A stretch of DNA of 64,000 nucleotides from Planctomycetota bacterium. GTDB taxonomy: Bacteria > Planctomycetota > UBA8108 > SXIK01. Shown here in pieces: positions 29,501 through 39,900 of the stretch. A program made the translations under genes and the position numbers. How positions within the stretch are numbered: position 1 is the stretch's first letter; each line of letters opens with the position of its first letter. Under the pieces are notes generated by a model. That model worked only from the letters and a program-made list of their open reading frames with translations, was not told the DNA's origin and did not search any database. The stretch covers positions 2,304,001 through 2,368,000 of the forward strand of contig CBDCXR010000004.1 of NCBI GenBank assembly GCA_965223845.1. The letters are read 5' to 3'.

Positions 29501-30455
29501 GGCCGACTGGGAGAGCGGCGAGCTGACGACGTATCAATCGGAGATGACGATTCCCGCCGGGGCGCTCTCCGTCGGGAAAACCTACCGCGCGCGAGTGAAG
29601 ATGATGGACAACTCCGGGCGATGGAGCCGCTGGTCGGCGCCCGTCGAGTTTGTCGCCGGCCCCCCGACCGCACCGTTTCCGCAGCAGGGCGCTCTTCGCG
29701 TTACCGAGATGATGTACCACCCGGTCGAAGGCGTCGACTACGAGTTCATCGAGATGCAGAATGTGAGCGGCGCCGCGATCGACCTCACTCCAGTATCGTT
29801 CTCAGACGGCATCCAGTTCCACTTCGCCGGGAGCGCCGTCACGACACTCGGTCCCGGCGAGTACGTGGTCGTCGTCGAGAACGAAGCCGTTTTCCGCTCG
29901 AAGTACCCCGATCCAAACATCCAGGTCGCGGGCGAGTACGAGGGACGACTCGCGAACAGCACCGAGGTGATCACGCTCCAGACGGGTGGCAACTCGATCG
30001 TCCTCGAGTACGTCTACGACGACGCGTGGTACCCCCTCACCGACGGCGGCGGGCACTCGCTGACGGTCGTCGATCCGCTGGCCGACTCGTCGAGCTGGTC
30101 GACGCCGCTCAATTGGAAGGAAAGCACCGAACCCGACGGCACGCCGGGAACGGGTGACTCGGGTGGGCCGCTCGGAGGGATCCAGAGACCTGGCGACAGC
30201 AATCAAGACGGCGGGACGGACATCGCCGACGCCGTCGCACTCCTCCGGCAACTGTTTGGCGACCGGAATCTACCCTGTGGCGACACCCTCGGCGATCCGG
30301 GGAACGTCGCACTCCTCGACGTGAACGGGGATGACGGAGTGAACATCGCCGACGTCGTCTATCTCCTCGAGTTCCTGTTCGCCGAGGGTGCGCCGCCGGA
30401 GGGCGGAACGAACTGCATCCGCATCGACGGGTGTCCAAACGCCTGCGCGTTCTGA
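26571..30455 (+). CDS. Secreted multidomain protein: lamin-tail domains, jelly-roll module, CotH kinase, FN3-like domain, C-terminal dockerin-like module
   Basis: Signal peptide; LTD VVINEIH..EFVELYN and VTEMMYHP..EFIE; HDDG..GD..AGDDVY; CotH RFRARG..K, HDYD..KNY..WDLD; PGDSNQDG.TDIAD...DVNGDDGVNIAD. Confidence 0.85.
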   Translation: MRPSIVLFSAIAASATLHGQVVINEIHHSPRDKTAGEEFVELYNNGVSTADLSGWYFSDGISFTFPDGTQLEAGDYLVVASDPDALIDRFGPGRVVGPFAGGLSGRGEQLILRNADGVREDEVDYGDGFPWPVVGGRSAPNYSIELAHPDLDNDLGASWRPSNPSLNESNALLRSRAVWRYRKGTSEPPSTWRTLEFDDADWSVGTTSIGYGDGDDSTELSDMRNSYSSVYLRHRFTIEPNGVPAAVQLRLYVDDGAAVWINGSEVHRAHVSGGALAYDDFASNHEAEWEEISLGNAPSFLVEGDNVIAIHALNATIGSSDFSIDAELLTTSASAAPTPGRANAVFSPNIGPQLRQVNHSPREPVSGMPVYVSVKATDPDGVTGVTLSYQTVDPGEYIGLSDPEYQDGWTDVSLHDDGLGGDELAGDDVYTVELPGALHVHRRLVRFRLSAMDGAGNEVRAPFPEDPVPNFAYFVYDGVPSWTGARRPGVASVEYSSDLLESIPVYHFITDRQDHLNAIHVPYRWNSPDEETPTSGSYGGSDYRWEGTLVYEGRVYDHIRFRARGGVWRYSMGKNMWKFDFPRGHSFAARDDFGRRYRARWDKLNFSALIQQGNFRQRGEQGLFEAVGFRLHNLAGNPASKTHYVHYRLITGPDEVGPDQWSGDFQGLYLAIEQLDGRFLDEHGIPDGNLYKMEGGTGELNNQGPTHPTDKSDLNAFKGTYEGSSPSASWWRANLDLDEYYSFRTIVLAIHDYDIHAGKNYFYFINPETELWTVYNWDLDLCWTTTYNGGGGRGPLNQHVLDPFAEFRLEYRNRVRELRDLLFNPDQTGMLLDEVAGVVYEAGAPSFVDADRAMWDYNPILVSDYINSTKAGHGRYYEFASNRTFAGMVNVLKSYVSSRGSWLDSNEASDSAIPNRPTMSFTGPAGFPIDALTFEASAFSDPQGSGTFGAMTWRVAEVDPGDTPPFDPEQPKPVEIEADWESGELTTYQSEMTIPAGALSVGKTYRARVKMMDNSGRWSRWSAPVEFVAGPPTAPFPQQGALRVTEMMYHPVEGVDYEFIEMQNVSGAAIDLTPVSFSDGIQFHFAGSAVTTLGPGEYVVVVENEAVFRSKYPDPNIQVAGEYEGRLANSTEVITLQTGGNSIVLEYVYDDAWYPLTDGGGHSLTVVDPLADSSSWSTPLNWKESTEPDGTPGTGDSGGPLGGIQRPGDSNQDGGTDIADAVALLRQLFGDRNLPCGDTLGDPGNVALLDVNGDDGVNIADVVYLLEFLFAEGAPPEGGTNCIRIDGCPNACAF

Positions 30456-30527
30456 CGCGGCGACGAGCCGCTCGAGAAACTCGCGTGCCGTGCGAGCCTC
30501 GAACGTGGACATCGCCCAGCATCGCCC

Positions 30528-31100
30528 ATGACCACCGATCCCGAACTCCGCGAGCGCATCACCGGGCTGCTTCGAGAGGTCCACGGCGGCGACCGCGAAG
30601 CCTGGTCGCGTCTCCTTCCGGTCGTCTACGACGAACTCCGGAAGATCGCCCGCTTCCGACTCGCCCACCTTCAGCCGGGAAGGACGCTGCTGACCACCGA
30701 TCTCGTTCACGAATCCTTCGTGCGCCTCGTTGGCAAAGACGCGGAGTGGGAAAACCGCTCGCATTTCTTTCGCGCGGCATCGATCGCAATGCGCGATGTC
30801 CTCGTCGATGAGGCGCGCAAGCGAGCTCGCCTCAAACGCGGGGGCGATTGGCATCGGATCGCGTTCGATGAGGAACTCCAGGCGACCGACGAACGCGACG
30901 TGGAGCTCCTCGACCTCGACGCGGCGATGAACAAGCTCGAAGGCGAGGACGAATCGCAGCACACGATCGTCCTTCTCCGCTACTTCGGCGGGCTCAACAT
31001 CGATGAAGTCGCGGACGTCGTCGGTGTGTCGTCGTCGACGGTCGATCGCCAGTGGCGATTCGCCCGCGCCTGGCTTCTGCGCGAGCTGTCACGGCGGTAG
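30528..31100 (+). CDS. ECF sigma factor, planctomycete kinase-associated type (TIGR02999-like)
   Basis: ITGLL, LLPVVYDELRKIA, TLLTTDLVHES, HFF.AAS.AMR.VLVD.AR, LRYFGGL, TVDRQWRFARAWL. Confidence 0.92.
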   Translation: MTTDPELRERITGLLREVHGGDREAWSRLLPVVYDELRKIARFRLAHLQPGRTLLTTDLVHESFVRLVGKDAEWENRSHFFRAASIAMRDVLVDEARKRARLKRGGDWHRIAFDEELQATDERDVELLDLDAAMNKLEGEDESQHTIVLLRYFGGLNIDEVADVVGVSSSTVDRQWRFARAWLLRELSRR

Positions 31101-31105
31101 TCCCC

Positions 31106-34100
31106 ATGGCGAACGATTCGTCCGCACGCATTCGCGAAATCTTCTGGCGCGCCGTCGAGCTGCCGACCGGCGAGCGCACGGAATTTCTCGAGCGCGAGTG
31201 CGGTGACGATCGCTCCCTACGCGACGAGGTGGAGTCCCTACTCGACGCCGATCGACGCGGGGGGGCCTTCCTCTCGACGCCGGCGGTCGACTCTCACCGC
31301 GACTGGTTCGACTGCACGGAGGACCCCCGCGGTCACGACGACGGACGCATCGGACCGTTCCGAATCGTACGTCGCTTAGGGAGCGGCGGGATGGGAGTCG
31401 TTTATCTCGCCGAGCAGGAGAGCCCCATTCAGAGGACCGTTGCGCTCAAGGTCATCAAGCGCGGGATGGACACGGACGAGGTCGTCGCTCGGTTCCGCTC
31501 GGAGCTAGATGCGCTCGGCCGGATGAACCATTCGCGCATCGCGCGCGTGTACGACTCGGGCGCGACGCCCGACGGGCGTCCCTACTTCGCCATGGAGTAC
31601 GTCGCGGGCACGTCGGTGACGAAGTACGCCGTGCGAGAGAAACTCGGACTCGAAGAGCGCCTCCGCATCTTCGTCGAGGTCTGTGGCGCGGTTCAGCACG
31701 CCCACCAGCGCGGAATCATCCACCGAGACCTCAAGCCGTCGAACGTTCTCGTTGCGCGCGAGGACGGGCGAGCCACGCCAAAGGTGATCGACTTCGGTAT
31801 CGCCAAAGCCTTAGATGCTCGCTTCGCCGAAAGCGGGCAGTTGACCGAACACGGACGTGCCATCGGTACTCCCGAGTACATGAGCCCGGAGCAGGCGCGC
31901 GGAGATCCCCGCGACGTCGACACTCGGACCGACGTCTACTCGCTCGGCGTTCTCCTCTACGAGCTTCTCACTGGCGAGCTGCCGTTCGACACGCGGTCGG
32001 TGCGAGGCGTGCCGCCGTCGCGCATGCCGCAGGTGAGTGGTGAGGTGACGCCGCCGCGGCTCAGCTCTCGACTGCGCGCTCCGGCCGGAGGAGGCTCCCT
32101 CGGGTCCGCTCGGGGCGAACTCGATTGGATCGCCGCCAAAGCGATGGAGCGCGACCCCGATCGACGGTACGCCACCGCATCCGAGCTCGCGGCCGACGTG
32201 GAGCGATTTCTCCGGCGCGAACCCGTCCTCGCCGGCCCACCGACCTTCGTCTATCGACTCCGGAAGACGATGCGCCGGCATCGCGGACCGATTGCGGCGG
32301 TCGGCGCCGTCATGATCGCGCTCGCCGCCGGGCTCGTCGCGAGCCTCGTTCTCTACCTCGACACCGAGCGCGCACTCGACTCTGAACGCGAGGCGCTCGT
32401 CATCTCCGAGGGACGACGCCTCACTGCCGAATCGGAGAGTTTGATCGGATCCGATCCTCGGCTTGCGCTCACGCGTGCGCTCGACGGCGTCGCTCGCCAC
32501 CGAGACCTGCAATCGGTGAACGCGGTGTCATCCGCGCTCGCAGCGTGGATTCCGAACCGAACGCTTGCCGGGCACACCCAGACGATGGTCGAAGCCGCTG
32601 CGTTCGACCACCGCGGTGAGCTTGTGATCACGGCGGGCTGGGACGGCACGGCGAGAGTGTGGGAGGCTGCGACCGGGAAGCTCCTCTCGACGCTCACGCA
32701 CGTGGGCGGTGTCCGCGGAGCAGGTTTCAGTCCGGGCGGCGGGACGATCTACACCCTCGCCGGCGGGACTGCGTTCCTGTGGTCGATCGGCCGCGGCGCC
32801 GAGCCAAAGCAGCGACCTCGCTTGCGGGCGGCGCTGGGAACGAGCGCCGTGACTTCCGTCGAGTTCAGCTTCGACGGCTCGCGGATCCTTACGGCGGAGA
32901 CGAACGGTATGACGACCGTGTGGAACGCCCGCGATGCGACCAAGCTGCGCGAGATCGGAGGCGAGACGCGTCTCTCGTCGGCGCAGCTCAGCCCGCGCGG
33001 CGACCGCGTGCTCACGGTCGGGCGGCAGCGGCCGCCTCGGATGTACTCGGTCGAGACGGGAGAGTTGATCGCGTCGTACGGGCGCCGCGGCGCGTTCTTC
33101 GCCCGATTCAGCCCAAGCGGCGACCGGATCGTGTCGAGTCCGCTGTCAACGACGGTCGCGGTCGTTTGGGACGCACAGGAGGCGACGAGAGTCGCGGAGC
33201 TGCGCGGGCACACGAATCTCTTGACCGCAGCCGCGTTCAGCAGCGACGGTCGACAGCTCGTGACGGCCTCGCTCGATTGGACCGCGATCGTTTGGAACGC
33301 CAAGACGGGCGAGCGAATCGCCACTCTCCGGGGCCACGAGCTCGGCGTCCGATCGGCGTCGTTCGATCCGCGCGACGAGCTCGTGCTGACCGCGTCGATC
33401 GATGGTACGGCGCGCATCTGGAGCCCAGCGAACGGGGCTAGCTTGCTCGTCCTCAGGGGCCATTCGTCGAGTCTCAACTCGGCCTCGTTCGATTCCTCCG
33501 CGCGTCGCGTCGTCACCGCGGCGAAGGACGCTACGGCGCGTGTCTGGGACCTCGAGGCGGATTTCGGTCTCGCGGCGCGACAACACCACGGCGCCGAAAT
33601 CGAAACTCTGGCGTTCGCTCCCGGCGGCGATCGGCTTCTCACCGCCTCGCGCGATCGCACGGCGCAGATCTCGTGGACGAACGGAGGCGGAAAGCGGACC
33701 GTCTTGAGCGGACATCGATCGCACGTCTCCGACGGCCGGTTCAGTCCCGACGGTTCACGCGCGGCGACGGGGTCGCTCGATGGGACCGCCCGCCTGTGGG
33801 ACGTCGCCTCGGGTCGCGAGCTCCATCGCTGGTCTCACGTCGGGCCCGTTCACGCGGTTCGCTTCAGCCCCGACGGGGCGCGGCTCCTCACGGGCGCGGG
33901 GCGGGTCGCGAAGATCTGGGACGTGTCCTCGGGGAACGAGCTTCACTTGCTCAAAGGTCACCGCGGAGACGTGCACTCCGTCGGGTGGAGCCCAAACGGA
34001 CTCCGAATCCTGACCGCCTCGCGCGACAAAACGGCGCGCGTCTGGGATTCCGGCTCGGGCGACCTCATCCACCGCATGACGGCGCACGCTGAGAGGATTC

Positions 34101-34597
34101 TCGTCGCCAAATACACACCGGACGGTTCCCGGATCGTCACGGGATCCGGCGATCGAACCGCGCGCATCTGGGACGCGAGCTCTGGCGATGAACTGCTCTC
34201 ACTGCGAGGACACCGCGCCGGGATCGTCGACCTCGGGTTCAGCCCGAACGGTCGCCGGCTCGTCACGGCGAGCTACGACCGTGAGGCGCGAATCTGGAAC
34301 CTCGACAGCGGCGCCGAAGTCGCCCGACTTACGGGGCACGCCGATCGTGTCGTGTCGGCGCGATTCAGTCCGGATGGCGAGCTCGTCCTCACGGCATCGT
34401 GGGACAAGACCGCTCGTCTGTGGGATGCGGCCTCGGGACAAGAGATCGTCACGCTCAAGGGTCACGCCGGACGTCTCACGATCGCCGCCTTTGGCCCCGA
34501 CGGAAAGCGCATCGCGACGGGTTCCTGGGACCGGACGGCTCGAATCTGGCCCGTGGACCCCGTTGCTTTCAGCCGTCAGTACTCGATGACTCCGTGA
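31106..34597 (+). CDS. Hanks-type Ser/Thr kinase with TM helix and C-terminal WD40 repeats
   Basis: LGSGGMGVVY, ALK, HRDLKPSN, DFG, GTPEYMSPEQ; one TM helix; many GH...FSPDG..TAS.D.TAR.WD repeats. ATG at 31106. Confidence 0.95.
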   Translation: MANDSSARIREIFWRAVELPTGERTEFLERECGDDRSLRDEVESLLDADRRGGAFLSTPAVDSHRDWFDCTEDPRGHDDGRIGPFRIVRRLGSGGMGVVYLAEQESPIQRTVALKVIKRGMDTDEVVARFRSELDALGRMNHSRIARVYDSGATPDGRPYFAMEYVAGTSVTKYAVREKLGLEERLRIFVEVCGAVQHAHQRGIIHRDLKPSNVLVAREDGRATPKVIDFGIAKALDARFAESGQLTEHGRAIGTPEYMSPEQARGDPRDVDTRTDVYSLGVLLYELLTGELPFDTRSVRGVPPSRMPQVSGEVTPPRLSSRLRAPAGGGSLGSARGELDWIAAKAMERDPDRRYATASELAADVERFLRREPVLAGPPTFVYRLRKTMRRHRGPIAAVGAVMIALAAGLVASLVLYLDTERALDSEREALVISEGRRLTAESESLIGSDPRLALTRALDGVARHRDLQSVNAVSSALAAWIPNRTLAGHTQTMVEAAAFDHRGELVITAGWDGTARVWEAATGKLLSTLTHVGGVRGAGFSPGGGTIYTLAGGTAFLWSIGRGAEPKQRPRLRAALGTSAVTSVEFSFDGSRILTAETNGMTTVWNARDATKLREIGGETRLSSAQLSPRGDRVLTVGRQRPPRMYSVETGELIASYGRRGAFFARFSPSGDRIVSSPLSTTVAVVWDAQEATRVAELRGHTNLLTAAAFSSDGRQLVTASLDWTAIVWNAKTGERIATLRGHELGVRSASFDPRDELVLTASIDGTARIWSPANGASLLVLRGHSSSLNSASFDSSARRVVTAAKDATARVWDLEADFGLAARQHHGAEIETLAFAPGGDRLLTASRDRTAQISWTNGGGKRTVLSGHRSHVSDGRFSPDGSRAATGSLDGTARLWDVASGRELHRWSHVGPVHAVRFSPDGARLLTGAGRVAKIWDVSSGNELHLLKGHRGDVHSVGWSPNGLRILTASRDKTARVWDSGSGDLIHRMTAHAERILVAKYTPDGSRIVTGSGDRTARIWDASSGDELLSLRGHRAGIVDLGFSPNGRRLVTASYDREARIWNLDSGAEVARLTGHADRVVSARFSPDGELVLTASWDKTARLWDAASGQEIVTLKGHAGRLTIAAFGPDGKRIATGSWDRTARIWPVDPVAFSRQYSMTP

Positions 34598-36789
34598 TCG
34601 GCGAAGTTTCTCCGGAAGCGATCTCTCCAGTTGCTCCCGTACTGATTGCCGATGTAGACGGCCATGTTTTCGACGAACTGCTCGTAGCTTTGAAGGTTCG
34701 AGAGACTCAGGGCGTAGAAGAGGGCGCGAAGGAAGATCATGCTGGCCGGAGGATCGCCCAAAGCGGCACGAAAGCCCGAACAGTCGTGGTCGCCTTCCAC
34801 GGCACACGTCCGGTAGTTCATGAATTTCCACTGCGCCTGCCAGAGCGAAGCCATGCGATATCCCGTGGAGACGGTGCAGGAATGACTGACGCTGGCGCTT
34901 GGACGGTCGAAAGCGAAATCGCCGACATCGCTCTCGCCCTCGCTGCAGCCTTCCCCGTGGACGGGAAAGGTCAAACCCAGCGCGTTAAACCAACACGGGT
35001 TATCGGTGGTCGAGAGGTCGTACGGGAGCGACGAATAGAGCTCGCGATAGAGTGCGAGGCGCACCAGATCCGCGATGGACTCCCGAAGCGGTAGAGCCTC
35101 GTCCGTTGTGTCCCAAACGCAGGTGTCCGAAACCAATCCCGAGCCGAAGATCCCGTGGCGCGAGTAGAGGTCGTAGTAGTGACCGATCTCGTGGAAGAGA
35201 TGTCCTTCGTCCCTCGAGCACATCGCGATCGCCGCCTGGGGAAACGACGCCGTCGGGTACGGGTGACCGATCTCGTCCCAGCCGTCGAAGTTGTACTCGT
35301 GGATCGCGGCGGGACTATCGGAGCAAGGATCGTTCTGAGGGGCAGCGTCGATGTTGCTCCAAATCGAAAGCGGAGCGGGGTCACCGCTTCCGAACGGAGC
35401 ATCGGGGTGGTGGTCCCACGGGAACGACTCCTTGAGCGGATCCAAGCGCCGAGTGGCGGCGGTCGCCTTCTGATAGATGTTTTGCGTCGTGAACGCGCGG
35501 ACCGAGTTCGGCTGCCGATTGAAGACTCCCCAGAGAAGCGGCGGGTCGCTGCCGGGGATGTACTCCGTCGCGGTGCGCACGATCGGAGGCGAGTCGTTGT
35601 CGCCGCGAAAGTCGTAAATCCCCACCCGGTCACTCCCCATCCGGAGGAGGCATCCGCGCCCACGCGGCGGCAACGCCTCGCAGCTGCCGTCGACGACCGA
35701 ACCGAGGGTCGGGTACGCGGCGGTTTCGCTCGTATCCGGGTTGTCCTCCACCTCGTAGGCGTGGACCGAGATCGCTCGGCGATCGAACGCGTCGAAATGC
35801 ACGAGCGAATTGTAGCCGAGGTACTCGCCGTCGGCTGCCGACACGAAGACGAGGGCGATGACTTGGCCGTCATCGAGAATCTCGCCGCGGTACGCGATCG
35901 CTTTCCGCTGAGGTACGGCGACGAGATCTACCTCGCCGACAGTGTGTTCCTCTGAAGGCCGGGGGCGCGCCTCGCGAAAGAGTTTGAGCCACGACAACCG
36001 GATGTTTCTCCTCGCAGACTGAAGGGGAATCTGTTCCTTGAGCCCCGAGTAGTCCGGCGCGGGATCGAGAACCGTGCCGGTGAAGGACATGGCACGGAAG
36101 CGGCCGTCTTCGAGGTTCTCGGCGATCGTAAGCGCAATCGAGTGCTCGGGGCCGACGACTTCATGCCCGCGGTAGGTCTGTCCGTAAAAGAAGATCGCGA
36201 GCTGATCGACGCGAAGGTCGCCTTCCGACGGTTGCAGGTGATCGAGATCGCGCGTCGATTCGATTCCGTTTAGCCCGAACTCGCTCGCGTTCGCGACGAT
36301 CCACTCCTTGAACGCGCTCTCGGCTCGCCCGGGTTCGAGCTCGAAGAGGCCGCTCGGATCCGTCTCGATGATGCCGTTCACGCTGCCGTCGGAATTGAGA
36401 GTGATTCTCTGCGACGGTGGCGGAGCGTCGTCGCAGAGGGGAAAGCTCTCGCAGGAAAGGAGATCGTCCGTCGGATCGAGCCCGCACTCGAACGGGCCCG
36501 GCGGAGACGGCAACGGGCCGTCGGAGAAGAGCCAATTGAGGAGCGCGATCGGGTCGATGATCGTGATGTCGCCGTCGTCGTGCGTGTCGAAAGCATCGAA
36601 GCACAGGGGATCCGGCCCGTCGGAGAAGAGCCAGTTGAGAATGAGCACGGGATCGCTGATGACGACGAGCCCATCGGCGTTCGCATCCCCGCGGATAAAG
36701 GGCGCGTCGCCGCCCGCGAGGCCTGCGTGAACCGCTCCGCTCGGGATGAGCGCGCAGAACAACACCGCGCGGAAACCGGACTTCGACAT
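34576..36789 (-). CDS. Secreted N-terminal-dockerin, thermolysin-like (M4/M36-type gluzincin) metallopeptidase
   Basis: Signal peptide; FIRGDANADG..ISDP...FDTHDDG..IIDP; propeptide-like YGQTYRG and FVSAADG; HEIGH with downstream LRESIAD. RBS AAGGAGG. Confidence 0.75.
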   Translation of the reverse strand: MSKSGFRAVLFCALIPSGAVHAGLAGGDAPFIRGDANADGLVVISDPVLILNWLFSDGPDPLCFDAFDTHDDGDITIIDPIALLNWLFSDGPLPSPPGPFECGLDPTDDLLSCESFPLCDDAPPPSQRITLNSDGSVNGIIETDPSGLFELEPGRAESAFKEWIVANASEFGLNGIESTRDLDHLQPSEGDLRVDQLAIFFYGQTYRGHEVVGPEHSIALTIAENLEDGRFRAMSFTGTVLDPAPDYSGLKEQIPLQSARRNIRLSWLKLFREARPRPSEEHTVGEVDLVAVPQRKAIAYRGEILDDGQVIALVFVSAADGEYLGYNSLVHFDAFDRRAISVHAYEVEDNPDTSETAAYPTLGSVVDGSCEALPPRGRGCLLRMGSDRVGIYDFRGDNDSPPIVRTATEYIPGSDPPLLWGVFNRQPNSVRAFTTQNIYQKATAATRRLDPLKESFPWDHHPDAPFGSGDPAPLSIWSNIDAAPQNDPCSDSPAAIHEYNFDGWDEIGHPYPTASFPQAAIAMCSRDEGHLFHEIGHYYDLYSRHGIFGSGLVSDTCVWDTTDEALPLRESIADLVRLALYRELYSSLPYDLSTTDNPCWFNALGLTFPVHGEGCSEGESDVGDFAFDRPSASVSHSCTVSTGYRMASLWQAQWKFMNYRTCAVEGDHDCSGFRAALGDPPASMIFLRALFYALSLSNLQSYEQFVENMAVYIGNQYGSNWRDRFRRNFADHGVIEY

Positions 36790-36824
36790 CGAACGTCCTC
36801 CTTCGAGTGTGTGGAACCACAGCT

Positions 36825-36848
36825 CCGGTGACTTACTTCCGTCACCGG
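36825..36848. promoter_or_regulatory. Perfect 8-bp inverted repeat in the peptidase leader
   Basis: CCGGTGAC-TTACTTCC-GTCACCGG, about 35 bp upstream of the start at 36789. Confidence 0.35.
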
Positions 36849-36954
36849 GAGGAGGAGGACGTCAGGGTTTTCGTCAGATTCTTGATCGAGCGCATCGGGA
36901 CGGGTCCGCGGCTCGCATCGGCCTCAGCCCGCCGTTACCGATCGCTAGCCAAAC

Positions 36955-39900
36955 TCAATCCCCCGCACGAATGCCCGTCGCGGCCAGCAGGTGAAAGCAC
37001 GTGATCCGGTCGTTGGCACCTTCCGTCACGACGCCTCCGAAGTGCATGAGGAAGCGCCCGGATTCCGGCTCGAGAACGAAGCTCGCGAGCTCTCTCTGAG
37101 GGTCGGTCGGAACGACGATCTCGAAGACGGCGGGGTCGTTGTCGTCCTCGAACTGCCCCAAGGGCCAAGCGTCCATGCCGTCGTAGATCGGAGTGCTCCC
37201 GAATTGGACGCCGCGCAAATCATTCCGGAACGGATCGTCGTAGAAGTCGTCACACGGGAGCTGGCCGGTCTCGCGGCTGCCGTCGGCGTACTCGAGGGTT
37301 ACGGGCACGATCGAATCTCCTTCGGCCCCCGAGACGAGAAACCGGACGGCGACGTAACGACCGCGCGCAACTTCGACCCGCACCGACCGGTCCGCCTTTC
37401 TGAGCTTGACTACGTTCGGCGTCGAATAATCGCCGAGTCGGTGGACTCCGATGCGACGGTTCGTCGGTAGGCCCCGAACCGCTGGGTTGTCCGACCGCTC
37501 GCCGTCGTAACCGTCGACTCCGAGCCAGAACACCGCGCCGAACCAGTCGTTTCCGTCCGGGTCGTCGGGACCGGCGACGACGTCGGCGTTGAAGACCCCG
37601 GATAGATCGAACGGCACCGCCTCGAACGGAAACTCGGCCGTCGTGAACGAAACCTCCCCGCTTGCGGCGCTGACTCCGCCGTTTGCGTCCACGTGCCGAG
37701 CGCGCCAGAAGTACGTCGTCCGGGGACGGAGAAGGCCAGACGGCAGAGTGACCGAGACAAGATCGCGATCGCTGAGGACGTGATACACCGGCTCACGGTC
37801 GTACGCCGTCCCCGCCTCCCGCACCTCCCACCGCGTCGCTGCATGCTCGACGCGCGGATCGAGGTGAAAGAAGTCGCTCGACTCGAGGATGATCGGTAGC
37901 GCCAGCGGTGAGTCGGGCTCGGGTCGCTTAGCACGGGGCTGAGCCGGCACGACCGGCAGATGAGCGATCGGCAGGTTCTCGAGATTCAAATCGCCGCGAA
38001 AGCGCCGACGCGCCAACTCGGAGTCCTGCGCCTTGAGGCACTCCCAGAGTCGCAGGTGAGGCTCTGCCTGCGAGCGATCGTGCTCGACGAGCTCGCGGTA
38101 GATCTCCGCGGCGCGCTCGAGCTCGCCGTCACGCTGGAGGAATCGCGCCTCCAAATAGCGGGCGCGGAGCGCATCGTTCTCCCCCCGAGATCGAAGGAGC
38201 TCATGAAACGCGTCGAATCGATCGCGTTCCTCACCGCGGCGCAGCTCCGCGACCAGCTGGGGCACGAGCAAGAAATCGGAGCTATCGAGCGATCGATTGA
38301 GCCCCTGAATCGCGAGCACGTTCTCCCCGGACTCGAGCAGATCTCTCGGCAGCTCGAAGACTTCGACGTCCGTCGCCTCGTAGCTCGAACTCGCGACGTC
38401 GCTCGATTCGACGGGCCGCTGTCGCTCGCCAGCACGCCTCCGTACGACTTCCTGTCCGTTCAACCACGCGACGAAACCGTCGTCGCTTCGGAGAGACAGG
38501 AAGAAGCCGCGAAATCGCTCGAAATCGCGCGCAGTGAGCTCAAACCGCCGGCGGACGCTGAGCGTCGTATACTCGCCCTGCATATCCGCGAGGTTCGTGG
38601 TGAACGTGTACTCGCCTTCGGTGTCGTAGCCGAAACCGCTCTTCCCTTCCGTCCAGTCAGAATCATCGAACTGAGGCCGCTCCCAGCCCTCCGGATTCGC
38701 ACGATCCCCTTTGAAGTACCGCCAGGTCTCTCCCGCGCCGATAAGGACCGTCCGGTCCTCGAGCTTAGCGTCGATCGAGGCGTAGGTGACTAAGTCCGGC
38801 CTTACCGCGGCTCGATACGTTTCGAGGCGCGCCCAGTGACGCTGCTTGCTCGCACCGAGTTCGAGTGCGTCCTCGAGTGCGGCGACCGCCTCCGTCCGTC
38901 GCCCCGACGCGAAGAGTATCCGCGCCAAGAAATAGAAGGCTTGCGAGTCGCGGCGCATCGTCCGCTCGACTTCCTCGCGGGCGATCTCGATCGCTCGGGC
39001 GGACCCGACGATCTCGGGGTTGATGCTGCAGGCGAGGACATAGCTCCGAGCTACGATCGAATCGAACTCTGAGGTGGAGTCGACGAGCTCCGCGAGGAAT
39101 CGGATCACGTCGTTGAACCCCTCCGAGCGGGGTACAGTCGGCGCGTCCTCGAGAGTTGCCATCACCTCCTCGTAGAGAGGCCGAGAGGTCTGCTCCAGTC
39201 GGAGCGCTTTCACCAGCGCGCGGAGCGCGCGGTCGACATCTCCCGTGCCGAGGAGCGCGCCGTAAAGCGTGGTCCACGCCGCCGCGCTCGACGGATCGAT
39301 GGCCACGGCCGCTCGCAAATACTCGAGCGCGGCGACGTGACGCGGTGGATCGCTCGAGGCGAGCACGAAACCGAGGGCGAAGTTGATCAGGAAATCGCCC
39401 GGATGCCGACTCCACGCCGCGCGAAGCACGCGCTCCGCATCCTCCGGCGCGTTCGAGTAGAAGAGGAAGTGACCGAGGATCCCGAGAGTCTGCGGGTGCG
39501 CCGTTTCGAGCTCTCTCGATCGAGCAAGTCTCAGCAGCTCGTCTCCGACGCTCCTCTGCGCGGACGAGCCCAGTCTCGCCCACTCCGCCCGGAGTCGGGT
39601 GGCGATCGACTCTTCACCTTCCAGCGCATCGACGACACGACGCAGCTTCTCACGGTGCTGCGGATCGGCCCCGTAAGCACGCAGCACCCACAGCCAGTAG
39701 TCGAGCGTGAGGGCGATCCGCGGCAGCTCAGATTCGCGCAAGAACGCCACCGCCTCGTCGACCGAGACCGAGGGAGCGAGCAAATCGATGCCGAACTCCC
39801 CGAACGCTTCTCGGTACCGACGGTGGATCACCCACCACCGACCCACGGACCGTACGTTCTTGAGGCTTGCGGCTCGGATGTCGTCCAACGTCGTCAGCAT

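Noticed and set aside
32560-34550. Recurrent DNA similarity in the kinase 3' half
   Set aside because: It encodes WD40 repeats; not a CRISPR array or a diversity-generating repeat.
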